Shown: piece by piece, positions 16,657 through 25,005 of the stretch
How the letters are laid out: each line of letters starts with the position of its first letter
How positions within the stretch are numbered: the stretch's first letter is position 1
Origin: Candidatus Sulfopaludibacter sp. SbA3
GTDB lineage: Bacteria; Acidobacteriota; Vicinamibacteria; Vicinamibacterales; UBA2999
Assembly (NCBI GenBank): GCA_945903265.1
Contig: CAMDNQ010000013.1
Location: 14,096-78,095, forward strand
Direction: 5' to 3'
Length of the DNA stretch: 64,000 nucleotides
Program-made: the position numbers and the translations under genes
The notes under the pieces: generated by a model
Told to the model about the DNA's origin: nothing
What the model saw: only the letters and a program-made list of their open reading frames with translations
Database searches by the model: none

Positions 16657-18273
16657 CTAATTGGTGAATTTGCGTGCGGCCTGCAGTTCGGGCCGCTGGG
16701 TATCCGCCTCGCGGGCGGTGTCGAGCAACTGACTGTAATACAGCCGCGCCTTCGCGCGGTCGCCGGCGACCTCAGCGGCGCGCGCCGCGCCGTAGGCACC
16801 CCGGAAGCGGCCCGGCTCCTTCTTCATCGTCGCTTCGAAGGTCGGGATCGCTTCGCGGGCGCGTCCTGCGGCAAGGAGCATCTCGCCGTAGAGTTCGCGC
16901 GCCGGTGCGAGCGGTCCCGGGGTCACGGCCGCTTTGTCCGTGGCATCTTCCGCGTCGGCGGCTGCCTGCATCTGCGCGAGGCCGTCCATCGTGCGTCCGG
17001 CGGCGAACGCCTGCCAGGCCAGCGCGACGCGGCGCTGAATGTCCACCTGTTCGGCCCAGTACGCGTCGTTCATAGCCTGGAGGCGATCGCGAAGCTCGGC
17101 GAGGCGCGTGATGTCGGGCGTTGCCGCCTCCGGCCGCCCGCCGCGCGCGGCGCCGAGGGCGCGCGCGAAGTGCGTGATCGCTTCCGTGTGGGGCGTTGCC
17201 GGTGCGGGCTGCACCGTCAGCGCCGCCGCGGCATCCCAGTCACCGCGCTCGAGCGCGAACCGCGCTGGAATCGCGGCGGCGGCGAAGGTGTTCGCGCCAG
17301 GCATGCTCTGGACGACCGCTGCGCGCGTGCGCGCCCCGTCCGCGGCACGGTCGCTCCCCATCTGCAGGTAGGCGTACGTCTGATAGTCGAGTGCGTGCAG
17401 TTCCGCATTCGGGTCCTTGTCGGCGCGCGCGGCATCGGCCGACTTCAGGTTGGTATCGATCGACTCCTTCCACGAACCCAGGCGCGTGAACGTGTGCGAC
17501 GGCATGTGGAGCGCGTGCGGCGCGCCTGGGGCGAGCGAGGCGTAGCGGCGCGCGGCGACGAGCGCCCGCGCGGCGAGCGGCGGCGCGTCGTAGGCGTGGA
17601 TGATGTAATGCGCCAGCCCCGGGTGCTGCGGCATCCGCATGAACAGCGGGTCGAGCATCTCGGCCGCCTGGAGCAGCTTGCCGTAAGTCTTGTCGGTCGG
17701 CAGCGCCGTCTGGGTGATTGCCAGCGCGTAAAGCATCTTCACTTCGACGTCGTTCGGGCTGCTCTCCGACGCCCCGCGCATGGCGCTCTCGTACTTGAGG
17801 ACGCGGTCGCGGTGCGTGGCGGGGTCCGGCGAGCTGTAGAGCAGCGCCAGCGCCTCGATCAGCGCACGCTCGCGTGCCGCCGGCGCGCCCGTCGTTTTCG
17901 CCTTCTCGATGGTGGCGGATCCGCGCTTGACGACCTCGGCGTTCTTGATGCCGGCGTAGGGATTCCCCCACTGGCTCAGCGCGATGCCCCAGTGCGCCAT
18001 GGCGCACGCCGGGTCGCGCTGCAGCACCGATTCGAATGTCTTGATGGCTTCGGGGAACCAGAAGGAGTGATAGTGCGCGACCCCCGTGTTGAAGTCGTCC
18101 CGGACGGCCGCAGCGCAGGACGTCTCGAACTTCACGTACACCGCGCCGATCTGGTCGGCGGCAAGACGGGTGTGCTCCGCGCCCTGCTGCGCGAACGCGG
18201 CGGCGGGCACGGCGCCAGCCACGGCGCCAGCCACAAGGGCGAGAACGAGCCGAAGTCCTGTAATCACAGCCAT
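16657..18273 (-). CDS. exported TPR-repeat protein
   Basis: I trimmed the start to MAVITGLRLVLALVAGAVAGAVPAAAFAQQ. Repeated A/L/Y-rich TPR-like helices run through the protein (e.g. EAIKTFESVLQRDPACAMAHWGIA). The 80-aa upstream extension in the track is junk. Confidence 0.8.
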   Translation of the reverse strand: MAVITGLRLVLALVAGAVAGAVPAAAFAQQGAEHTRLAADQIGAVYVKFETSCAAAVRDDFNTGVAHYHSFWFPEAIKTFESVLQRDPACAMAHWGIALSQWGNPYAGIKNAEVVKRGSATIEKAKTTGAPAARERALIEALALLYSSPDPATHRDRVLKYESAMRGASESSPNDVEVKMLYALAITQTALPTDKTYGKLLQAAEMLDPLFMRMPQHPGLAHYIIHAYDAPPLAARALVAARRYASLAPGAPHALHMPSHTFTRLGSWKESIDTNLKSADAARADKDPNAELHALDYQTYAYLQMGSDRAADGARTRAAVVQSMPGANTFAAAAIPARFALERGDWDAAAALTVQPAPATPHTEAITHFARALGAARGGRPEAATPDITRLAELRDRLQAMNDAYWAEQVDIQRRVALAWQAFAAGRTMDGLAQMQAAADAEDATDKAAVTPGPLAPARELYGEMLLAAGRAREAIPTFEATMKKEPGRFRGAYGAARAAEVAGDRAKARLYYSQLLDTAREADTQRPELQAARKFTN

Positions 18274-18354
18274 ATAGCCGCTGAGAATACCTGACGATAC
18301 CCGCTCTGTCCATCGGGGAGTTCGGCTACAATCGCGAAGAGGAGAGCGCAACTC

Positions 18355-18735
18355 ATGCACATGTATTTCATTCGTGTTTCTCTCGTTGGACTGGCGACGG
18401 TCCTCATGATGGCGGCCCCCGCTGTCGCGCATCACGGGTGGGGCGGGCAGGCGGAGCAGGAATCCACATTGACCGGGACGGTCGAGGCCCCGGTGAGTCT
18501 GGCCGGACCGCACGGCGCGATGAAGATCAAAACATCAGACGGGCAGGTGTGGGACATCACGCTGGCGCCGTCGAACCGCACGGCGGGCGCCGGGCTCAAG
18601 GAAGGCGTGCTTCCGGTCGGTGCCACGGTGACCGTGAGAGGCCACCGCAACAAGACCGCGAACCGCTTTGAAATGAAGACCGAAGCGGTGACCTGGAACA
18701 ACCGTACGTTTACGGTGTATCCAAATCAGCACTAG
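18355..18735 (+). CDS. DUF6152-like small exported protein
   Basis: The signal peptide ends ...AAPAVAHHGW. Its size and blocks (GATVTVRGHRNK) parallel the 3425-3835 paralog. Confidence 0.7.
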   Translation: MHMYFIRVSLVGLATVLMMAAPAVAHHGWGGQAEQESTLTGTVEAPVSLAGPHGAMKIKTSDGQVWDITLAPSNRTAGAGLKEGVLPVGATVTVRGHRNKTANRFEMKTEAVTWNNRTFTVYPNQH

Positions 18736-18756
18736 GCACGCCCTGCTGTTGTAGCC

Positions 18757-19242
18757 GTGCGCAGCATCCTTCTCGCGCTTGAAGGATCTGCGCTCGGCGT
18801 CTTCGTGCGCGAGTCCGGCGTCTGGACCTACGCGTTCCTCAACCTCTTTCACATCCTCGGCGTATCGACCCTCTTCGGTTCGATCCTCATCCTCGATCTG
18901 CGCCTGCTGGGCCTCGCGCGCCGGCTGCCGCTCGCGGACCTGTCGCGTTTCACGCTGCCGATCTCGAAGACGGGTTTCGCGATCGCCGCGGCGACAGGCG
19001 TGATGATGCTCTCGACCAACGGGGGCGAGTACATCGGGAACCCCTACCTGCCGATCAAGTTCGCCGCGATTGGCGCCGGTCTCGTGAATATCGCGGTCGT
19101 GAGCCGGCTCGACGCGTGGCGCTCACTTGGCACGCGTGAGCTGACGCCGCGCGAGACCCGCATGCTCGCAATCGCCGGCGGCACCTCGCTCATCAGCTGG
19201 CTGTCGGCAGTGACGGCCGGCCGGATGATTGGTTACTGGTAG
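18757..19242 (+). CDS. integral membrane protein (about 4 TM), unknown function
   Basis: The protein is 161 aa with four hydrophobic helices. It is translationally adjacent to the next gene (TAGATG). Confidence 0.7.
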   Translation: MRSILLALEGSALGVFVRESGVWTYAFLNLFHILGVSTLFGSILILDLRLLGLARRLPLADLSRFTLPISKTGFAIAAATGVMMLSTNGGEYIGNPYLPIKFAAIGAGLVNIAVVSRLDAWRSLGTRELTPRETRMLAIAGGTSLISWLSAVTAGRMIGYW

Positions 19243-20409
19243 ATGGTTCTGGCGCTCTGCGCCGCCGAGATCCTGACGCTGGCGGCGTTCGCCATGTTCC
19301 CCGCGCTGCAGCCGCTGCTGCGGATCGAGTGGGGCCTGTCCAATACCGCCGCCGGGTGGATCAGCGGGATCTATTACGTTGGCTATACGCTCGCGGTTCC
19401 CGTGCTCACCGGCCTCACGGATCATGTCGATCCGCGGCGCGTCTGGCTGGCGTCGGCCGCGCTGACCGCCGTGGCGGCGTTGCTGTTTGCCACTGTCGCT
19501 GACGGACTGACAGGAGCGCTGGTGTGTCAGGTGCTGGCCGGGATCGGACTGGCGGGTACGTACATGCCGGGCCTGAAGCTGCTGGCCGACGCCGTCGAAG
19601 GTCCGCGGCAGGCACGGCTCGTCGCGTTCTACACCACCTCGTTCACCATCGGTTCGGCGCTGTCGTTCTACATGCTCGGTGCCCTGGCCGACGCGGTGGG
19701 ATGGCGCGGGGCGGTTCTCGCCGCCGCCGCCGGCCCGGCGATCGCGGTCGCCATCGTGGCGGCGGCCGTCCCCGCGCACGCATCACGACGGTTCGCGTGG
19801 AGCGCGCTCTGGGCGCTCGACTTCAGGCCGGTGCTGCGCGCCGGCCACTCCATGCGCATCATCGGCACGTACGCCGCGCACATGTGGGAGCTCTTCGCCT
19901 ATCGCGCCTGGCTTGTGCCGTACCTGGTGTTCACGGAGCGCCTGCGGGGATCACCGGACCCCGTCCGGCCGACAACCGTCGCCGCCTTCGTGTTGCTCAT
20001 CGGTGTCGGGTCGAGCATCTTCGGCAATGAACTGAGCGTCCGCTTTGGCCGCAGAACGGTGGTGACGACGGTCATGGCTGCGGGTCTGGTCCTGAGCGTG
20101 CTCGTGGGTCTTGCCTCTCAATCCGCGTGGCCCGTCCTCGTCGTCGCCTGCGGCCTGTACGGGGTGATCGTCACCGCCGATTCGGCAGCTCTGACGTCGG
20201 GCCTGATCGCGACGGCGGCGCCCCAGGTTCGAGGTGCGACGATGGCGCTGCATTCCATGATCGGCTTCGCGGGCGCGTTCGGCGGGTCGCTGGCGGTCGG
20301 CGCCGTGCTGGATGCGATGGGCGGCCAGTCGGCGCACAGCTGGCTGATCGCGTTTGCCGTGATGGGTCTGCCCGCCATCGCGGGTATCTTTATGATTCGC
20401 CGCGACTGA
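19243..20409 (+). CDS. MFS transporter
   Basis: The protein is 388 aa with about 12 TM helices. The ATG directly follows the upstream stop. Confidence 0.85.
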   Translation: MVLALCAAEILTLAAFAMFPALQPLLRIEWGLSNTAAGWISGIYYVGYTLAVPVLTGLTDHVDPRRVWLASAALTAVAALLFATVADGLTGALVCQVLAGIGLAGTYMPGLKLLADAVEGPRQARLVAFYTTSFTIGSALSFYMLGALADAVGWRGAVLAAAAGPAIAVAIVAAAVPAHASRRFAWSALWALDFRPVLRAGHSMRIIGTYAAHMWELFAYRAWLVPYLVFTERLRGSPDPVRPTTVAAFVLLIGVGSSIFGNELSVRFGRRTVVTTVMAAGLVLSVLVGLASQSAWPVLVVACGLYGVIVTADSAALTSGLIATAAPQVRGATMALHSMIGFAGAFGGSLAVGAVLDAMGGQSAHSWLIAFAVMGLPAIAGIFMIRRD

Positions 20410-20412
20410 CGG

Positions 20413-20433
20413 GTTGATGGTTGGTGGTTGGCG
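20413..20433. repeat. three exact-period heptads GTTGnnG
   Basis: The sequence is gttgatg gttggtg gttggcg, starting at 20413, 20420 and 20427. It sits in the 35-nt spacer between the MFS stop and the next start. Confidence 0.55.
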
Positions 20434-20444
20434 GACGTAACCAA

Positions 20445-21434
20445 ATGACGCATATCCCGCTCACGATCGCGACGACCGACTACGACCATTTCCGCGACCT
20501 GCGGTTCGGACTGGTCAGGACGGAAGGCATCGAGCTGACCTGGCTCAACTTGGGCCACCACGAGTGCTTTGCGCGCTTCACCGCCAATCGCGAATTCGAC
20601 CTCTCGGAGCTCTCGTTCGCCAAGTTCTGCGCGCAGGCGAGCCGGCCGAACGCCGACATCGTCGGCCTGCCGGTGGTCTGCTCCCGTCTGTTCCGCTTCT
20701 CGTCGTTCTACGTCAACACGAAGAGCGGTATCCGGAACGCGAAAGACCTGGCGGGGAAGCGGGTGGGATCACCCGAGTGGGCGCACTCGGCTGCCGTCTA
20801 CATGCGGGGGTGGCTGCAGAACGACGTCGGCGTGCCGCTTGCGGATGTGCGGTGGTATCAGGCGGGTGCGAACGCGCCGGGCCGCGAAGAGAAGGTGGAG
20901 CTGAACCTCCCGGCAGGCGTGACGATCACGCGCGTGGCGGATCGGAGTCTCAGTGAGATGCTCGCGGCAGGCGACATCGACTGCGCGATCATCGCGCGGC
21001 CGCCGACCTGCTTCCTCGACGGCCATCCCGATGTGGTGCGCCTCTTTCCGGACTACGTCGACATGGAAGAGGAGTATTACGCGCGCACGAAGGTCTGGCC
21101 GATCATGCACATCATCGCGATGAAGAAATCGATCGTGGAGGCACATCCGTGGACGGCGCGGAACCTCTACAACGCATTTCTCGAATCGAAGCGGCGATCG
21201 CTGGAGCGGCTGCTCGACCCCGCCGTCTCACGCTATCCGGTGCCGTGGCTCGCGACGTACGCGCGGAGGATGCGCGACGTAATGGGCGGCGACCTCTTTC
21301 CGTACGGCATCGAGGAGAACCGCCCGACGTGGGAGCAGATGGCGCGCTACACCTTCCAGCAGGGCATCGCGCACCGGGAAATGAAGCCGGAAGAGATGTT
21401 TCCCACCGGAATCATGACGAAAGTCATCATCTAG
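20445..21434 (+). CDS. periplasmic-binding-protein-fold protein of the family often annotated 4,5-dihydroxyphthalate decarboxylase (PhtD-like)
   Basis: The start is MTHIPLTIATTDYDHFRDL.... The blocks REFDLSELSFAKF, FRFSSFYVN and LAGKRVGSPEW match my memory of this family. Confidence 0.7.
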   Translation: MTHIPLTIATTDYDHFRDLRFGLVRTEGIELTWLNLGHHECFARFTANREFDLSELSFAKFCAQASRPNADIVGLPVVCSRLFRFSSFYVNTKSGIRNAKDLAGKRVGSPEWAHSAAVYMRGWLQNDVGVPLADVRWYQAGANAPGREEKVELNLPAGVTITRVADRSLSEMLAAGDIDCAIIARPPTCFLDGHPDVVRLFPDYVDMEEEYYARTKVWPIMHIIAMKKSIVEAHPWTARNLYNAFLESKRRSLERLLDPAVSRYPVPWLATYARRMRDVMGGDLFPYGIEENRPTWEQMARYTFQQGIAHREMKPEEMFPTGIMTKVII

Positions 21435-21470
21435 CCACTTGTGGCACTATCACCGCGCCTGGAGGGCACC

Positions 21471-22214
21471 ATGCGAATGATTTTTTGTGCGCTCGGTCTC
21501 GTCATCGCCATGCCGGCACTTGCCAGCGCCCAGGAGTGGGAGCTGTTCACGAGCACGCAGGACGGGTTCAAGATCGACTTTCCCGGAACGCCGAAAGTGG
21601 CGCAGTCGACATGGAAGACGGAGCAGGGCTATGTGCTCCCGTCCCGTGTGTATAGCGTCGAGCGCGGCCGTGAAAAGTATTCAATGACCGTCGCCGACTT
21701 CAGCGGCATCGAAGCGATGGGGATCGCGCGGAACAAGACGTGTCCCGCCGGCGCCGAAACGTGCCAGGGTCAGATGCAGGGCATCCTGCGGCCGCTCATC
21801 GGGCCCGGCTACGCCATCCAGGACATCCGCGGTGCGATGACGAACGCGGCGTTCAGATTGATCGAGCGGCCCAACGAGAAGCTGACGGCGTACATCTGGA
21901 ACTGGCAGGACCTGGTCGAAGGGTTCGAGCTCCATTTCACCAACGCGGCCGCGAAGACCCGCTCCATGTCGTATATCGCGATGCACGAGAACAAGCTCTA
22001 TGTGATGGAGGGCACGGTGCCCGAGGAGTATCCGGAGCCGGGCCTGTTCTTCCAGTCGCTCGGATGGGTGGACAAGGACGGCAACGGCGTCCGCTACGAA
22101 GGGCTCTATATCAATCAGGTGCACGGCCTGCGGATGGCGCCGGTCCCACCGGTGCGGCGTGCAGCGCCGGGCAATCCGCTCCCCGACACGGCGCCGCCCG
22201 GCAGTGTTCGCTAG
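21471..22214 (+). CDS. exported hypothetical protein (family X, paralog of 46739-47371 and 47393-48127)
   Basis: The signal peptide is MRMIFCALGLVIAMPALASAQEW. Shared blocks are F.I.FPG.PKV, EKYS(M/I)TV.D(F/Y)SG, ENKLYV(M/L).GTVP and PG LF.QS(L/I). Confidence 0.75.
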   Translation: MRMIFCALGLVIAMPALASAQEWELFTSTQDGFKIDFPGTPKVAQSTWKTEQGYVLPSRVYSVERGREKYSMTVADFSGIEAMGIARNKTCPAGAETCQGQMQGILRPLIGPGYAIQDIRGAMTNAAFRLIERPNEKLTAYIWNWQDLVEGFELHFTNAAAKTRSMSYIAMHENKLYVMEGTVPEEYPEPGLFFQSLGWVDKDGNGVRYEGLYINQVHGLRMAPVPPVRRAAPGNPLPDTAPPGSVR

Positions 22215-22301
22215 TCTGCCTTCGGCAGGGTCCGCTAGCCCGGACGGTATCGTCGAATTGCGGCGACCGCGCGCGGGGGCGCGTGCTACTGTCATGACTG
22301 A

Positions 22302-22682
22302 ATGAGTAGCAGTGCCGCGGCGCAGCCCTACGGATGGGTTGGTGCCGTGGTGACCCGCTTGTCCGCGCTCGTGCGCACGCCGCGTGGCGCGACCGCACGG
22401 CGTGAGCTCGACCAGCCGGAGGAGGGCGAGCTTTTCGAGGGACTCCAGGACGTCCTGCGCATTGCCGTCGACTGCCCTCCGGGAAAGTCAGGCGACGACA
22501 TCAAGCGCTCCGCGTGCGAGCTCATCGAAGCAGATTCGGCGAGCGACCGTTCGTCGAAGCGGCGCCGCCTCCTCAATCTCATTGCTAGGGTGGAAGAGCG
22601 GCGGTCGCGCGGCCGCGGCCACCGCGACGACCCGAGCGCCGCCCTGCTTCGCCGCCTGACAGACGCCCTGCGTCGCCCCTGA
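22302..22682 (+). CDS. hypothetical protein
   Basis: This is a 126-aa ORF with coding-like third-position GC and no recognisable motif. The overlapping antisense ORF looks worse. Confidence 0.4.
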   Translation: MSSSAAAQPYGWVGAVVTRLSALVRTPRGATARRELDQPEEGELFEGLQDVLRIAVDCPPGKSGDDIKRSACELIEADSASDRSSKRRRLLNLIARVEERRSRGRGHRDDPSAALLRRLTDALRRP

Positions 22683-22832
22683 CAGCCGCGGTCGCCCGCC
22701 CTATTCATCCGTGCTACACTGACGGCGTCACGTTGGATCCCGCCGAGTTTGTTCTGCTGCGTTCTGCTCCGAGTTGCACGCGTCCAGAAGTCATCGACCC
22801 GACAGCCTCCAACCAATTGAATGGATAGTGCA

Positions 22833-23135
22833 ATGAGACTTTACGTAGGAAATCTGTCTTTCAACACGGAAGAACAGCAGATTGAAACGCTCTTCGCCAC
22901 GCTCGGCGAAGTGTCGTCGGTTCGCCTGATTCGCGATCGCGACACCGGCCGCTCGCGCGGCTTCGGGTTCGTCGAAATGGCGACCGAGGCGCAGGGCAAA
23001 GCGGCGTGTGAGCAGCTGGATCAGCAGGACTTCGAGGGGCGCCGTCTGACGGTGAACGAAGCGAAGCCGCAGGAGCGCAGCGGCGGCGGCGGTGGCGGCT
23101 TCTCGAAGGGCCCGCGCCGCGAGGCGCGCTGGTAA
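22833..23135 (+). CDS. RNA-binding protein (RRM domain) with Gly-rich tail
   Basis: It has RNP-2 LYVGNL and RNP-1 RGFGFVEM motifs and a C-terminal SGGGGGGF tail. The start could also be 22821. Confidence 0.9.
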   Translation: MRLYVGNLSFNTEEQQIETLFATLGEVSSVRLIRDRDTGRSRGFGFVEMATEAQGKAACEQLDQQDFEGRRLTVNEAKPQERSGGGGGGFSKGPRREARW

Positions 23136-23149
23136 GCGCGGAGGAGAGC

Positions 23150-23353
23150 ATGACAGGAAAAATTCGCACACTTCGGGTTGACAAGGGTTTCGGGTTCATC
23201 AAGGACGACAGCGGGAACGACTACTTCTTCCATCAGAGCTCGATCTATGGAGAGGGCATCGAGAACCTGCGCGAAGGCGACGGCGTCGAGTTCGAAGTCG
23301 GTGAAGGACCGAAAGGCCCGCGCGCCGAAAACGTTCGCCGGACGACGACCTAG
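23150..23353 (+). CDS. cold-shock domain protein
   Basis: The protein is 67 aa with KGFGFI (RNP-1-like) and FFH motifs of the CspA family. Confidence 0.92.
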   Translation: MTGKIRTLRVDKGFGFIKDDSGNDYFFHQSSIYGEGIENLREGDGVEFEVGEGPKGPRAENVRRTTT

Positions 23354-23386
23354 GCAATCGGCATCCGCAAGGATCACCGACACGAG

Positions 23387-23417
23387 AAAGGCCGGGAGCA
23401 ATCCCGGCCTTTTTGTG
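23387..23417 (+). terminator. intrinsic terminator after the RRM-Csp pair
   Basis: The stem AAAGGCCGGGA / TCCCGGCCTTT with loop GCAA is followed by TTTTGTGTGT. Confidence 0.85.
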
Positions 23418-23589
23418 TGTACCGGCTTCCGGTGAGCGGAGCTGACGTCCGTTCAGGGGCAGGGTCACAGCCACACGATGCTGACGGGCAACACGTCGGC
23501 GCGGAAATGCAGCTGGGCTGGGAACTCCACCTTCGCACGAATGGCTTTGTTGCAGTTCGGCTCTCTGGCACCTGAGGCGCTCACGCGTC

Positions 23590-24108
23590 GTGGCGTACCA
23601 TGGCGACATGGGCGAGACGGCGGTCCGCGGTGCAGGGTTAGTGATGACTCTCACGTACGCGGCTCTTGTCGGCTGGCTGTATGCGCGGCAGCCTGCCACT
23701 ATCGCTGAGATCACCGGCGGGCTGTCTGCCGCGGTTGGTGCCTATCACGTCGATCGGGACGCGTTCGACAACGGCCTGCGCTATTTCCGCAACGACCAGT
23801 TCGTGGAGGCGCGCGCGGCGCTCGAACGCGCCGACCCCGCGCGACGCGACCCTCGCACTCAGTTCTATATCGGCTACTCCTACTATCGCCAGGGTTGGGG
23901 CCGTTTGTACTCCGACGACACGCTGTACCGCCAGGGTCTCGAAGCTGCCGAGCGCGCGCGGACGCTCGCCCCTGAAGAACGATTCGTCGCAGACGATCCC
24001 TCCCAGCACATTCACACCGCCGACGAACTGGCGGCGGAACTCGAGAGCGGACTGCGCCGGGAGCCCGCCGACTTCAATCCGCTACGGATCCTGCGGGAGC
24101 GGAAGTGA
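23590..24108 (+). CDS. membrane-anchored hypothetical protein with TPR-like helical region
   Basis: The protein is 172 aa with one N-terminal hydrophobic helix, followed by FRNDQFVEARAALERA...QFYIGYSYYRQG. The start is uncertain. Confidence 0.55.
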   Translation: MAYHGDMGETAVRGAGLVMTLTYAALVGWLYARQPATIAEITGGLSAAVGAYHVDRDAFDNGLRYFRNDQFVEARAALERADPARRDPRTQFYIGYSYYRQGWGRLYSDDTLYRQGLEAAERARTLAPEERFVADDPSQHIHTADELAAELESGLRREPADFNPLRILRERK

Positions 24109-24749
24109 CGGTTGCGCGCGAGGCGATCTACCTCCCGGCACTCTGCCTGACCGTGACGCTGATCGGGGGACTGCGGCCTGGAGGTCCGACCGTGTTGCCG
24201 CCACCGTCGCTGTTCTCGCTGGTGCTGGCGGTGCTGCTGTTGGGCGTCCTGATCCAGAGCGGCGCGCTGGCTCCGCGACGGCTGCTCGATGCGTCGCGGT
24301 CGTCGCTGCAGAATCTGAACGGCGTCGTGCTGCTCGGCACAGTGTTCCTGGCGGCCGCGCAGACGTTCTCACTGCTGACGCCAGAGTCCGGCCTTCCACG
24401 CGTGCTCTTCGGGATCTATTTTCTCGTGCTGCTGGTCAGTACGTGGGCCGCGGCTTCCGACCGTATCCGGGTGCTGCGAAGCCTTGCCGTCACATTCGGT
24501 GCTGCCTTTATCTTGAAGTTCATCGTGCTTGACGCATTGTCCGAGCCAACGGCCGGGCGGCTCGGGCGCGTCCTCCAGTTGCTCCTCGAGGGTGTGACGC
24601 TGGGCGCGGTGACGCAGGCGGTGCAGCACCCAGCGAGCGGGTACCTGGCGTTCTTCACGCTGGTGCTGTTCCTGCTGGCGCTGGCACTCCTTCCGGCGCG
24701 CGCGGGCGGCTCGAGCAGCGCGCAGGGAATGGTCGTTCGAGATTACTGA
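24105..24749 (+). CDS. integral membrane protein, unknown function
   Basis: The protein is 214 aa with about six hydrophobic helices. The GTG overlaps the upstream stop (GTGA). Confidence 0.65.
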   Translation: MTVAREAIYLPALCLTVTLIGGLRPGGPTVLPPPSLFSLVLAVLLLGVLIQSGALAPRRLLDASRSSLQNLNGVVLLGTVFLAAAQTFSLLTPESGLPRVLFGIYFLVLLVSTWAAASDRIRVLRSLAVTFGAAFILKFIVLDALSEPTAGRLGRVLQLLLEGVTLGAVTQAVQHPASGYLAFFTLVLFLLALALLPARAGGSSSAQGMVVRDY

Positions 24750-24904
24750 TACGACATGCCCGCGGGGGAACCATGGCCTCGTGAAGCGGGACGTCGCCGC
24801 ACCGGCGTCCAGGCACAGCGTCCTCCGCGCCCGATAAGCGCTCCTCGCGGATCCGCACTCTCGCGCGTTATTCCAGTACCCTGTCTGCTAAACTCGTTAA
24901 ACAG

Positions 24905-24982
24905 GTCCCGTTGGTGTAGCTGGCCCAACACGTCGCCCTTTCAAGGCGAAGATCGCGGGTTCGAATCCCGCACGGGACGCCA
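24905..24982 (+). tRNA. tRNA-Glu (anticodon UUC), CCA encoded
   Basis: I folded the cloverleaf by hand. The acceptor stem is GTCCCGT/ACGGGAC, the D stem is GTGT/ACAC and the anticodon stem is TCGCC/GGCGA with loop CTTTCAA. The T arm is GCGGG-TTCGAAT-CCCGC, followed by the discriminator G and CCA. Confidence 0.9.
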
Positions 24983-25005
24983 TCTTCCCTTCATCGATCA
25001 CATCC

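Noticed and set aside
15835-18294. An 819-aa plus-strand ORF spanning the region of two minus-strand genes.
   Set aside because: It lies antisense to two strongly supported genes (the CxxCH protein and the TPR protein). Its composition is Arg/Gly/Pro/Ala/His-rich with no motifs. This is the typical shadow ORF of a high-GC genome.
22328-22816. A minus-strand 162-aa ORF overlapping the 22302-22682 hypothetical gene and the RRM leader.
   Set aside because: It is Arg/Ser-rich low-complexity sequence. Third-position GC favours the plus-strand frame. Even the plus-strand call is only low confidence.
24750-25005. tRNA-Glu as an integration hotspot flanked by an integrase or genomic island. I also noted a possible tRNA promoter (TTATTC-15-TAAACT at 24868-24894).
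   Set aside because: There is no integrase, no direct repeat of the tRNA 3' end and no compositional break on either side. The neighbours are selO and ordinary membrane proteins. The promoter has a suboptimal 15-nt spacer, so I did not list it as a feature.
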